Assembly: GCA_030264375.1 (NCBI GenBank)
Contig: JASCQW010000032.1
Location: forward strand, 39,525,874-39,580,789
Length of the DNA: 54,916 nucleotides
Origin: Carcharhinus longimanus
Taxonomy: Eukaryota
Direction: 5' to 3'
Shown here: piece by piece, positions 26,271 through 39,672 of the stretch
Layout: each line of letters begins with the position of its first letter
How positions within the stretch are numbered: the stretch's first letter is position 1
Translations under genes and position numbers: made by a program
Notes under the pieces: generated by a model
What the model was told of the DNA's origin: nothing
The model's database searches: none
What the model saw: the letters and a program-made list of their open reading frames with translations, nothing else

Positions 26271-29200
26271 TTCAATTCACGTAGTCACTCTGCCCACATG
26301 AAGAGGCTATGCCAGCTTTCCATTGCTCTTTTCGACAGCAACTCCAAAGAATGCATTACCTCCATTGATTACTTTGGATTGATCCTCCTCAGATAGGTGA
26401 GTCTCACAAAAGCAGCAATCTGGATGTTGTAACTTAACCAGCTCTTTAACAATAAGAGCAGATCTTTTGTCACGTCTGTCAGCTGTGACATTGTCAACAA
26501 GAGTACAAATGTTCCTTCTGCCAAATAGTGACTGATGTCACCGTTAGTTTCTTTTTTGAGATAGCAGCATTGGTAGGATTCTTGCCAGCCCACTGTCCAC
26601 AAAGGTGAAGTGGACGACGTTGAGGTCACCTTTTCTCCTTCAGAGGAAAAGTGAGCAGTGTGGTACTGAGAAGAGCTTCTCAGTCTCTAAGGGAGCTGCC
26701 AGGTTCCATTTCTGCTTCCTTCCAGTCAAAACATAACCCTCCAGCCTGAACCACCTGTGTGCAGGTTCGTGGCTACGGTGCCCCATGATCACATCTGCTG
26801 CTACATCGCTTGCCCATCACAACTTGTGACAGACTGGCGATAGATGACAGGTGATACAATAATGAACATGACATTCACATGAATTAGATAATAGCATGGA
26901 AATATTTCACATCAGCCTCAATCTCTTATCCTGACCTATTTTGGCCCAGTGGCATTACGAGCTTAGATGGCTAAAGATAGCTAGAAATGTTGTGCGAGCA
27001 GAACATCTTCCATGAGCTCCACATGTTCCATGATTCAATGCTGACCCATCTTCAAGACACTGGATATTTAGATTGGTCTCATCCACCCACTCCCCAGAGG
27101 CAAGGAGTGATGGAAGAGCAAGGAACAAGGTTTTGTTAGGATCACAGAAAGAAACGAGCAATTAGAGATTGCATGCTGACTGGAGAGCTCACTAGTATTT
27201 TAGACGTTGCAATTTTAGCAGGTCAATTTAGCAGCCTAGCAAGAAAGGTGATTTTGATAATATAAACGATTGGACCAAAGACCTCATTCAAAGGAACTCC
27301 CACAACAAATGCTCCAAATGAACAATGTGATTCACCTGCATTTTGTCAACAATGATCTTTCATGCAGTCCATCTAAAAACCAGAGAAGATAAACCAAACT
27401 TGCAACAGGTTGTGGCATTTGGGTGGAAACCTTATAGAGCCTCAATTTGTCAAGTTTAGCGAAGAAAGACTACTACAATTTGCCATTAAGGTTACACTTC
27501 TTCTCTTGCAAATTTTAAACCCCTCTTCAGTAAGGGATGAATGCTATCAGCAGATGCATGGTTCTATAGCTGCTCATTATTACCCTCCAAAACATTGCCC
27601 AAGTAACTGCCATCAAGAGCAAGTCCCAGGCTTGTCTTTGGACACCAATAAGACATGAAGGCACAGAATCAGTGCTTCCATCTCATTTCAAGACAACCAG
27701 CAAGTTAAGGAGGCATGCAATTTGTTGGCTTTGAGTGATGTTGAAACTGTAAGTTCAGCTCCTTGTGCACATATAAATGATTATTCTGGCAGCAACAAAT
27801 CCAGATACAAGCCTGAACCACAATGAAATGGCTCTCCCAGTCTCACGATCCAGAACACCTACAGAACATTCTTCCTTAAGCACTTTGCGAACAGACGTCG
27901 CAGCTTCTTCCACTTAAGATTTAAATTGTTCATCCAAAACATGACCATCACATCATGTTAAAACAGGTTCTGACTCTACCAGATCAGAATTTTCCTTTAT
28001 TTGGAAAAATATAGTAAAACTTGCAATGGTCTACTTTCTACTTGAGTTTAGAAAATACATTCCAATGAAAAAATAACCATTGGAGTGCTGTCAAACTTCA
28101 TTATACATATCTGATAAACAGATGAGTGTACTTGACTCTGGCAAACTCGGTTTGCAAAGAGATTACAACAAATAAAATTTCTTATTTCTCTTGTAGACAT
28201 TTACAAGCAGTTTGTAATTTTGCAATTTCAAGTCACACAGGCTTAAATTCTACAACGGAAATGACAGTAAATAATTCTGCTCCACTCTTATGAAAACAAT
28301 CTAGATTAAAGTTTGGAAAAAATGCCTTCCCTCGTGCATTTTTACTTCGACTTGTGTATTTTGCATAGCATGTTTCTAAACACTAATTAATCACTAGCCA
28401 AACAGCACTGCAGCAGGCAGTACCACAGCTCAAAGGCTACAGTGATCATGACTCTTTTTTAAAAAATCACTTTTGCACTGCAAAAATCAATGTCTTCAGG
28501 TCATATGCTAAAGGCATTAGACAACATCATCAGCGTCTGGTCTCTGTTGAAGAAAACTGTTGTCAAACATTCAATTTTCTGTCGGAAATCATTTTTCACA
28601 CTGCTTGAAAACAAAATAACATTCTGCAGAACTTCAACTTGAAACAATTCTTACAGATGACGGGGAAACAGGGGGCTATTTACAAGCTGTAAAGATAATT
28701 TTAATATATTTTTCTTCCATTATAATATGTTAAACATTATTTCAAAGATTTAGGGCCAGGTCTTTGCAGCACAATTTAAAGATCAAAGCCATGAACTGGG
28801 TGGCACTTTAACTACAATGCCACACACTAATGAATGCTGTGATACAAGTCTGTACCCTGATTACTTATGCAAGTTCCAGACATCATCCATGCCATTTGTG
28901 GGAAGGAGGAAGAGAGTCAAAAGCATAGCCCACCTCTTTCCAAGTCAATTTCATATGCTTCCTGATGAGGGAAAGCTAAAAAAACCATACTGGGAATAAG
29001 GTTTGAAGTCCGACATCTAATTCTAATAAGCTTCAGTCAGTTATCTTTGGTGCATGTGTGGAAACTTTATTAGAGAAGGAAATTTGCCACTCTTGTTGTC
29101 AGTTTAACAAATGCTCTATTACCTAGGAATGATTTCAAATCAAGCCAGCCTTGAGGTATCATTGTAGCAATTTCTTCCTGAAAATTCAAATGTTTGTTCT

Positions 29201-29825
29201 CTTGGTTGGAAAGCTGCTACCTCAATACACCATATCCCAGCTGCATAGACTGGGGAGATTACACTGCTTCTAATCAGACATGTTTATGAAATACATGAAT
29301 GAACGGGTATAGTGAGGGACAATGTAGAGCTTTGTAAAGATTTTAACGCATCGAATCAAAACAAAGTGATTAAATATTATCATGATTTTTTGAGAATATT
29401 CCATCCATTAATCACTGTAAAATGTGAGGATGTTATTCAAGCGCAACATATAACTAAGGTATTATTTGTAATAGAAAAATCAGCAGTATTGTTTTGCGAA
29501 TATCTGTAGATATGACTGAAAGAGTAAACAATGCTGGGATTCAGACATAGGAACTTAACACTCCAAGTACTGCAGATGAGTTTATTCATCTGCAGGCTAA
29601 CAATTTCATGAGTTGGCAAGTGCATAAATTGCATGAGAATCAGTGTATCTGCGATGCTTTATCTTCATAATCTTGTCTTACCATTCACTAGAAAATTGGT
29701 TTCCGATCGATAAAGACCCTTATTAAATACATTCTCATCTTAGTTCGATAGTTGGCATAGGAAAATAGATGTGCAATTTGACATGTGAATTGCTAAGTAT
29801 GGTCAATTGCAAAAGAAAATCCTTA

Positions 29826-29936
<111 letters not shown>

Positions 29937-30109
29937 TCAATAAGCAAAGGATTAAACATTCAAGATTTCATGAAGCTAATTAGCTTGGTATTTAAAAACT
30001 ATATTAATGTCCCTGCAGATCACGTATCTAACACATGGTGTACTGAGAACAGCAAAAGAACTTGAACAGAAGTTTAAAATTGGTTGATTCAACAACCGAT
30101 AGTTATAAA

Positions 30110-31480
30110 GAACCTTTAAAGGATTCAACATTTCACAGGAGCATTATAAAACAAACACCAAAGGAGATATTAGATCAAATAACCAAAGGTCTGGTTAAAG
30201 AGGTAGGTTTTAAAGGAGACGAGCAAAGTTTAGAGCTCAATATGCGTAGGAAGCAAATTCCAAAACTTTAGTGCTTCAGGTAACTGAATGCAAGGCCAAT
30301 GGTTGAGTAATTATAATCAGGTATATTCAAGAGCCAGAATTGGATGACTGATAACTTGGAGGAATGTGGAGCTAGAGAAGATTAAGAAATAGCAAGCAGC
30401 AAGACCATAGACAGATTCAAAAACAAAGATTGCTTAACTGAGGTCAATGTAGGTCAGCGAGCACAGAAATGATAGATAAATGGAACTTGTTGCAAGAAAT
30501 GGACAGCAGAGTTGTGACATTAAGCTTACATCTGGTGGAATATGAAAAACTAGCCAGGAACGTGTTGGAATAGTCAAGTCCAGAGTAAAGACACGAATGG
30601 GAGTTTCAACAGCAAATGAGGTGGAGCAGGGGCAATTTCAGGCTTCATTGTGGAGGTAGAAATAGGCAATCATGGTGATGACTTAAATACGTGGCTGGAG
30701 ACTCATTTCTGGGTCAAATGTGACACCAAGATGGTGAACAAACTGGTTTAATCTCAGGCTGTTGCAAGGGAGAGGAGTTTGAAACTGAGATTAAAACAAA
30801 GTATCCAATTTAAGCTAACAATTTAACCTTGTGTAACACTGCCTTGTCTATGTTGGTGATGTGCAGAGTCAAAATGGTTCAAGTTGCTTCACACAACCAA
30901 TCGCTACTCATTCATCTGCAATGTTCTTTCCATTGGGTTCAGTTTCCTCATTTTAATTACAGGAAATTTCTGATCATCCCCTACTGGATATCAGATTAGC
31001 AATCTAATAAATTAGCAACAATGAATGAGTGGACAGAGGTTTTTTTTTTAAATAATGCTTTCATGGGATGTGGGTGTTACTGGCAAGGCCAACATTTGCT
31101 GCCCATCCCTAAATAGCCTTGAGTTAAGAGTCAACCACGTTATTGTCTGGCCTGCACATGACTCCACACTTGCAGCAATGGCATATTTCCTTCCCTACTG
31201 AACACTGACAACCATTGTTTAAATGACAAAGGTAGTTTAATGGTTCCCAACACTGAGACTAACTTTCCATTCCAGAATTTAAATTCCACCAGCTGCCATG
31301 AACCACTGAACCCATGTCCCCAGAACCTGGGCAACGTTTACCACTAGCTGCCATCTTTCAAGGTAGTGCTGGGTGTCATTAGCATACAAATGAAAACTTA
31401 TATTTGCTTTCAGATTATAGCGTTATGAGACAGCCTATTGCTGAGAAATAGGAGACGTCCGAAGATAGACCGTTGGTGCG
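30110..31480 (-). mobile_element. L2-clade LINE 3' fragment with nested SINE
   Basis: Minus strand near 31370-31398 reads FHLYANDTQ (decayed YADD); similar to 48560-49100 and 50690-51500 (TTGGAATAGTCAAGT, GGAAATTTCTG.TCA). Confidence 0.75.
31040..31355 (-). mobile_element. tRNA-derived SINE family C (Meta-core/SlmI-like by recall) with poly(A) end
   Basis: Poly-T then TTCATGGGATGTGGGTG..GGCCAACATTTGCTGCCCATCCCT..GTTAAGAGTCAACCAC..ATTTCCTTCCCTA..GAACCCATGTCCCCAG; its 3' tail resembles the LINE end at 38085-38125. Confidence 0.65.
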
Positions 31481-33955
31481 CACAGAGGCAACAACTCAGA
31501 TCAATGCATTTAGTTTAACCTTTCCTTTTGACCCTCACATTGTATAACAAATAATTATAGGTTTAAAAAAAGTAAAATTCTCGTTCTGATTGATAAGATT
31601 GTACAATTTACAAAATGTGAAAGCTAGATTTAACTTTTGATTGATGCGAAGAAAGCTACAAAGCTAAAAGTAACAGTATAATAATATTTTATTTTACCTT
31701 TTTAAAATGGTAGTTTTGATTACCAATTTAAAATTAGCCAAGTCTGAGATTTTAATTTGACTTTGCATATCACTTTTCAACTTTGTAGCAATCAGCCGGC
31801 ATTTGTTGCACTGAAGGAAGCGGCAAAAATCACACAACTTAGAAACTAATTAGAACTTCATATATGCAAGAGATGCATTTTCCTCAAGAATTTAACTGCT
31901 CTGGAGAAAATGGTTACCATTAAAATTCAGTATTTTCCTTACTTGGCTTGTTACCATAGTAGTTATGCAGGACTAGCAGCCTTTCTTTGCAAGGTTACAG
32001 CCAAAGCAAAGTACGTTTGCATGGCATTGAGAAAGTCAGAACACAGCAACTATTCACAAATTATTTCTACTAGGTCCACAGCTAGTTTTTAATGCTTCAA
32101 TGAATAGGTGCTAAATTTATATCTACACAGTCCTTGGAAAGGCTCAATTTATTTAGAATGACTGTTCAGAAGCAGTCCAACCCATCTTTCTCACATTGAA
32201 TAGCAATATTTAAAGCATGCACACATGTAACACCTGTGGAAGATCATGGATGACAATGTTCTGAAGCGTTTTTGAATTTCACTGCTATACTTCAACATGA
32301 AGGATTGCTTATAACATCTGCCTCACAGCTGGACAGCATACATGCTAATAAATAATGGATTACTGAAATCACACTAGTGAATAATAAGCAATTCTGAGTA
32401 AAGCACCATTGTCCTTACTGTAGTCATAAGGCACCGATTTACAAATATTTGTTACCCTGAAATTTTGGACGTTTCCAGCTTGTCCTCATCTATGCAGCTA
32501 CAGCTCTGAGGACACTATGAAAGTTCAGACGTCCGTTCTAGAGCGAAGAAGCTAACTTGGCTGAGTCCAAGTTTAACTGGAATAAGTTCCANNNNNNAAA
32601 AGGAGCGGACCACGTCCAGGGAAAAATAAAATAAAAACGAGCAGTACAAGATTGGAACAACTCTCACTATCACTGAAGAATATTTGCACCTACCGTGAAA
32701 AGCTTTAGCAAACTCCTTTTCCCACACCCATATTTAACACCTCATGGAAAATAAGCATTAAAATGTATTGGGTAACTTTTGACTAAAGGTTGCTAATTGG
32801 TAAGTAATACCAGTTCTGTGTCATAACTGTAGCTTAGATATTATTAAGAATTTTAACTCAGTAATAAATCTCCAGTATAACATAAAATTTTCAGTGCAAC
32901 ATATTAAACTCTAGTACAATATTGAATATACAATGTTACTTTAAAAAAAACAAGTTATGCTGATGTTGCCTGGTTTGTTAACAGGTCACTGACTGCATAC
33001 AAGACCTAGAAATGATAAAGCTGAAGGAAGAATAGATTTTAATCTTTGCTTTTGCAAACTTTACTAATAAACACTGCTTTCTTAAGAACAGTAAATTGCT
33101 TGGAATAATGTACCTAATTAGCTTCCAGTCCTTGATCCCCCTTGATCTTGCTCACACTGTAAACATCAGGGATTAGTAACAATGGATTAAGCATCTTCTG
33201 TCTGTTTGCCTGACAAAAGTATAACACTTAGTATGTCTGAACATGCTGTTGGGCTCTGATGTCTCTCTTACTCAAGTGGCATTGGTTGAGAGATTTGGAA
33301 GTGCAGCACTGGAATTAAATATATTTAAAGGGAGTAGTTTAAATACATAACCAGATATTTTTCATTTTTCACAATGAATTTTTAATGATCATGTACAATG
33401 CTATATTAAGTAAAGCAAGCAAAAACATGAAAGGGAGCTCAAGTTATTTAGCATCAGAGCCTCGTTTCTGGATTTTTGTGTTTATATTCTTTCAAATTTT
33501 AGTTTTTGAGATGGAAAAAAATTAAATTTGCATTTTAGTTTTGCATATTTGTTCTAGTTACTTTTTTTTAAACAATTAACAGAATTTCATTTCTCAACTG
33601 GAAATCCTACATGAAAAACATACATGTTGCAACAGTTTGAGTCAGCCCAAAAGTGTGGCCAGGGAAGTGATGGAATCAGTACCAAGGAAACAGAGCTTGT
33701 TGTAAGGGCCTAAGACAATGAAGGACATTGAATTCACAATGTTCTTTTCTAGAAGAGGTTTTGAGTTGAAAAGCAGATGTTTACTTAACCTTTAATTGAA
33801 GGAAATTGTGGCTAATCCAAGACTGAGTGTTGGACAAGCAATGGAACAATGCGGAGGCTTGCACATANNNNNNNNNNNNNNNNNNNNNNNNNNNNNNNNN
33901 NNNNNNNNNNNNNNNNNNNNNNNNNNNNNNNNNNNNNNNNNNNNNNNNNNNNNNN

Positions 33956-34230
33956 CGGGTTCCATTCTGACCTTGTGTGACTGTGTGGAGTTTGCACATT
34001 ATCTCCGTGTCTGTATGGGTTTCCTCCCACAGTCCAGGAATGTGTAGGTTGGGTGGACTGGTCATACTAAATTGCCCTTTGGTGCCCCAAGATGTATAGG
34101 TTAGGGCGAGTAGTGGAGTAAATATGTGGGGTTACAGGAATAGTGCCTGGGCTAGGTACCCTATTGAAGAGTTGCTGCAGACTCAATGAGCCAAACAGGC
34201 TCCTTCTACACTGCAGGAATTCTGTGATTT
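33956..34230 (+). mobile_element. V-SINE (HE1-like), head in gap
   Basis: V-core TGTGTGGAGTTTGCACATT...GGTTTCCTCCCACAGTCC plus the standard tail. Confidence 0.85.
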
Positions 34231-34844
34231 CCCAAAGTCGTCTGAAATGGTACTAAAGATTTCAGGTCATTTTTGATAACTTTCCCAAAGCAAAACTGAA
34301 GATTTGAGACTTTTCAGACTTGAGCACTCTTGAGAAATGTGACAGAAGTCAATATCATAAAACTACTGGGTGGATGTGTGCCAGACAGTAAACCCAGCAG
34401 AGGTCAATCTTCATGAAGGTAGGAAATAAATTAGAAAATAGGAAAATATTCTGAAACATTTCTTTAAAGAATTGATATTACTTCAATCCAAGCCCAAAAA
34501 TAATTACTATCATTTGTGCCCAATATCTCAGTGAAAATGACATCCGTTCCTGAACTAAGCCCACATTTGGATCTCAGTTTACCACATACACAACAGATTA
34601 AAAACCTGAATCTGTACTATATCCTAGATAAATTTTGCAAAGGCACATGAAGGTTGGGAGGAAGGGATTTGACAGTGTAATTCAATATGCTGCTCTGACA
34701 ACCAACAACAATTTGGATACAGTCATAAATTTATAACTCAGTATTTCTTATTCTTTATAACGATTCCTCAATTTAAAAATAAACATGCACAATACTACAT
34801 TTATTGAGCAAACAAAGCAGGAACATGAAAACAGATGAAGGAAT

Positions 34845-35148
34845 TCAATCCCTACAGTACAAAAGAAGTCCATTCAGCCCATCGAGTATGCATCAACTCT
34901 CCAAAAGAGTATCTTGCCCAAGACCATCCCCCTTCCCTATTCCTGTCGCCTCACCCATTCACCGTAGTTAATAAACCTAATCTACACAACTTTGGACACT
35001 TAAGGGGCAATTAGTATGGTCAATCCACCTGAACTGGACTGTGGGAGGAAACCCAAGAAGACAAAGGAAAACATGCAAACTCCACATGGTCACCCAAGGC
35101 TGGAATTGAACCCAGGTCCCAGGTGCTACGAGGCAGCAATGCCACCAT
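34845..35148 (-). mobile_element. V-SINE (HE1-like), older copy
   Basis: GCAAACTCCACA..GTCACCCAAGGCTGGAATTGAACCCAGGTCCC = reverse head and core. Confidence 0.8.
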
Positions 35149-35479
35149 GTTTGCATTAGAATGTTGTGTTTCTGGCAGAATATAAGAAATTCTGGTTAAA
35201 TGTGTCCCAGGTTCTACAAAGGTTTTAGGAAATTGCCACCATTTGTAAAAATATTGCATCGTCTGCTGAGATAAGATGGTGGGTGCTCATGCAACAGCAT
35301 CCAAGTGTTTTGTTGCTTTCTAAAAATTGAGATAGGGATGTCAGTTGATGATAACTCATTACTTATGGCAAATTACACTTGCATAGCGCTTCAGTGCAAA
35401 ACATTCCAAGGCATTTCAAAAAGGCAAAAACAAATAAAAATCAAGGACTGATGAGAGAAGATTCGGATACAGAAGCTAA

Positions 35480-36200
35480 AACGTGCAATTTCAAATTTTA
35501 TGAATGACACCAAATTGATGTTGTAGTTAACAAAGGAAAGATGCAACTGTATACAAGACAGTATTAATTAACTAGCAGAATGTCATTAGTGGATTAATTT
35601 CAATATCAGTTGTACATTTTGGAGGAAGAACGAGGCCACATACTGTTTGGATAAGTAGTCTAAATGGGGTAAAGGAGGGAACAAATCCAGCAGCATTAAT
35701 TCACAAATCACTGAAGAAGCAACACAGATTAATAAATACCACATAAAAACAAACAAGCCAAGTTCTTTTCTAGAGGTTCTGAATTGAAAAGCAGATGTGT
35801 TAAAATTTGTATCAACCCATGATTAGATAACATATGGAGTATTGTGCACAGTTGTGGTCTCATGTAATAAAAAGGGAGGGAAAGGCACTGAAGGTGATTA
35901 AAAACAATTTACAAGGGATGACACCAGCGCTTAGTGGGTATAACCACTAGAAAAGGATGAAAAGGTTGAGAGGTGATCTAATAAAGATCTATAATGAAAA
36001 AGTTTAACAGGGTACACTGAAAGAATGGTTAGACTATGGCATTCATTACTACAAGATGTAACTAAGGCAAATTACATAGATACATTGAGAAGCTGGATAA
36101 AACAAAGTACTAAGGGATCAAAGAATAAACCAATGGGTTTTAGAGGAGAAAGGTTCAAGTGGAGGAGAAATGTTGGACCGAATGGCCCATTTGTGCTGTC
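35480..36200 (+). mobile_element. Decayed CR1 LINE 3' fragment
   Basis: GGAGTATTGTGCACAGTT (LEYC.Q), GAGAGGTGATCTAATA (RGDL), tail GGACCGAATGGCC. Confidence 0.65.
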
Positions 36201-37549
36201 GACTTGATTACCAGCTATGTCTCTGCCTCCCGCCTCCCCTTCATATGCATTTCTTTACTATCAAAGTTTACTTCCAAAATGGCCTTCAATAACCCATAAA
36301 AAAGTGCAAAATCTAACTCCAATGGGAAATCTTAGCACCATCCTACATGTTTGCTTAGACAAAGCCAAAAACTAAACCAAATTTGTTGCACTCCCAAAGA
36401 AGTAGTGAAGTTTCAAAAACAAAAGCAAAGGGTTTTACTGAGACAGACATGCATGCATTTTAAATACAGTCAGGAACGCATGACTGAGAATTGCAAGGAA
36501 AATAAAGCCTGAGGCTGTTGGTATTAATTTATGGAATAGACTGCCACCCAGTGGGAAATAGGTGACAATCCTTTTACTTCCCAGTCGCAGGTCCGAATCC
36601 AATCCCAATAGACTCTTTTCCTCCAGTAAATTGAGATTCAGATACTGTTCAAAATCAGGATGATCCTATCAGACAAAGCTGTCCACGACTCAACATTAAC
36701 CATGAATCTGATCCAAGGAGGTACAAGGATAGCTAGTGTATATAACTGACTGGTACAATTGGAATTTGTTTACAGCGGAGGAACTTACGATACTGCAAAA
36801 AGTAACTCGCTTTAACATTTCTGACACTTAAAAATGACCGCAGTAATTGCTGAATTTCATCTAATTTTAATCTTCTATATAGTTCAGGCAAAAATCCAGT
36901 TTCTACATCCTAGGAATAGGTTAAAAAAATTGGGCTTTCAAATTTGAATCTTGACACTAACAACATCTTAAATTTGCCACTGACTATCAACTTTTTCCAA
37001 GTGAATCACTTCTCACCTTTTTGTTTTTTTTGTTTTGAGTTCTATTAATTACTGCATTGATTTTAACTTCACAATATTATAATATATTGGATTTTCAAAT
37101 TCATTAAGATACAAAGTCCACGAATTAATACAAAAGTCTTTCTTTGCCTGCTGAGGTGGATTAAATTGCAAGTGCAGGTAGGGGAGAATGAGTCCTGTAA
37201 AATACTGCTCATCTTTCCCATTTCAAAACACTGGATAAGAGCTGCAACACTGAAAGAATTTAAAGTTATTGCACACATATTAGTCATATAAACACCATTA
37301 AACAAAAGCAGCAAATGAGATACAGAGCTTCATGCCACACCAGAAGGGCAGATAAGCTCTGATTTATGCAGATAAGCCTTTGGAGTTGGGCAGTCAAAAA
37401 GCAGGGAAACAAAAGTACAGAAAGGTCACCATGATGGCAAAGGAACTGGAAGGCCGAAGTTTTACAAGTTTCAGGCATGAACCGCATTGTATGAGGGGAA
37501 GCAAATTTCACACCATACAAATAATAATCTCTAACCAATAATCATTGTC

Positions 37550-38125
37550 TAACCATCACACCTGGAAATATGACGACATTTATCAACACTGAATCCCCAT
37601 GCAACACTGTGAAGGTCACTATTAGCCTGAAGCTTAACTGGACCTGCCACACAAATTTTGAGGCTACAAGAACAGTTCAGAGACTGGATATTCTGCAATA
37701 AGTAAGCATCTTGCCTTCAATCCCTCCTACTAAGCTATTGTATGACCCGCAAGGTGTAAATCAGGAATGTGATGAAATACTCTCCAACGGCCTGGATGAA
37801 TCCATCTCCAATCCATCTGGCACCTTTTCCACCACCAGCATTGTATATGATCACCATTTACAACATGTCAACAGCAAATCATTTTACCTAGAAGGTCCAA
37901 GGGCAGTCAGTGCATGGGAACACTACTACCTCCAACTAAGTGATACCCCATGACTTGGAAGTATATCACAATTCCTTAATTGACACTGAGTCAAAATCCT
38001 GCAACCCCCTTTGAGTATTGTGGGAGTACCTTCACCGTATGAATGGCAGCAGGATTCAACAAGATGAATCACCACCATCTTAGAGAGCAATAAATGCTGG
38101 CCTTTGCCTGGCAATGTTTCAATCC
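37550..38125 (+). mobile_element. CR1/L2-group LINE 3' end
   Basis: KLNWT, MKYSP and GTCAAAATCCTGCAAC remnants; tail CACCACCATCTT...GCAATAAATGCTGGCC. Confidence 0.7.
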
Positions 38126-39084
38126 GTAATTTTTCAGGTTCTCCAAGGCAGAGAATGTATTTGTGTAAATGCAGTGAGCTAGGCCAGAACCTCCTGGACA
38201 CAGTTCCTTTAGACAGCTGCCGGGTTTTCTTCTACTGGGAGAATAAGTATGGTTTTCTCAGGTTTTGCTTTTGGCTTAACTTTATTCAAAAAAAGAATCC
38301 TACCTGCTTCAGATACTGACATTGGAAACAGAATGCAAGAATGAGATCAAGAGAGAAATTACAAATTAATAAGTACAAGGGGCAAATGTGACATGCAAAC
38401 AGAAATTAACTGTCATGCTTACAGTAAGTAAACAGGAGTAAGTAGGAGGGAGACTGATTGCGCACAGGTGATCAAACAACGTAATGTCCAACCCAAGTCC
38501 AACATGACAACTGAATAGGTCAAATTATCTGTTTAGCATTGTAGAGCATAGTGACACACACCATCGAACTTTAAGATGAGTATATTTGTGCAAAAACTTC
38601 AAATCAGTAGCTTTGATTATTAAAAGTTTAACACTTATGTTTTTAAATCTCAAAAGTAGGTCAGATGAAGGTTTAATTATCAAATGGAATATTGGGTGAC
38701 GTAGATTACTGGTGTGAGGGGTGATAATATTCTGCTCAAGTCGGTGTCAGCAGGTCACCGACCTGCAAGTCAAAAGTAAAGGATTAGGATGCAAAAGTTA
38801 GGGAGAATTTAGAGGCAAGTTATAAAATAACAGGGGTCAGATATGATATTCAAGAGCAGGGTGAAACAATTTTTAGGTTTAGGAAGTGATGAAGAGGAGT
38901 GGTGAGCAGGGTAATATTGGGAGGAGTTTTTTTGAAGAATCAAGGACAAAACCAGACCAATAGGGGTCTGGATCAGATAAAAAGAGTAAAACCTACCTTA
39001 GTATTTGGTGCATTTTTTCTAAATTATGCTATTTATTAGTAGGTACCCATATGTTATATCCACCCCTCGTTGAGGTGCTCATAA

Positions 39085-39672
39085 TTGTGATCAATTTTGA
39101 CAGGGTAAAGGAAGATATTCTGTGTCCACTAGTTGGTACGTCAGCAACTAGGGAGTCAAGGACATAAGAAATAGGAGCAGGAGTAGGCCATCTAGCCCTT
39201 CGAGCCTGCCCCGCCATTCAATAAGATCATGGCTNNNNNNNNNNNNNNNNNNNNNNNNNNNNNNNNNNNNNNNNNNNNNNNNNNNNNNNNNNNNNNNNNN
39301 NNNNNNNNNNNNNNNNNNNNNNNNNNNNNNNNNNTCGGCACCCACATGTACCACAACGACCGGATTCTCACCCTCCCACTCCAGGTTCCTCTGCAGCCCA
39401 GATGCGACATCACAATTTAGTAGATCAGCAAGACGGCTAGGAACGAGAGAAGGAGGAACTTCTTTATGCACTGAGTTGTTGGGACTTGGAATTTGTTGCC
39501 TGAGAGAATGCTGGAGGCAGATTCCAAAAAATATATTTGAAAAGAGATGGTTTTAAAGGGCTATGGACATAGGGCTGGAGAATGGAGCTAGCTGGGTAGC
39601 TGTTTAGGGAGTCAGTGCAGAGATGATGGGCCAAATCTTTCCTCTTATTATGTAAAATAATATGATTCTATG
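39085..39672 (+). mobile_element. Old CR1 3' end split by a younger opposite-strand CR1
   Basis: FDRVKEDILCPLVGTSATR(G) before about 39160 resumes after about 39410 as ..RRNFFMH.VVGTWNLLPERMLEA; tail GATGGGCCAAAT..ATGATTCTATG. Confidence 0.7.
39162..39408 (-). mobile_element. Young CR1 LINE, interior collapsed in N-gap
   Basis: 3' end GGCTCGAAGGGCTAGATGGCCTACTCCTGCTCCTATTTCTTATGT; 5' side encodes GLQRNLEWEGENPVVVVHVG (ORF1 SGNH esterase-like). Confidence 0.8.
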
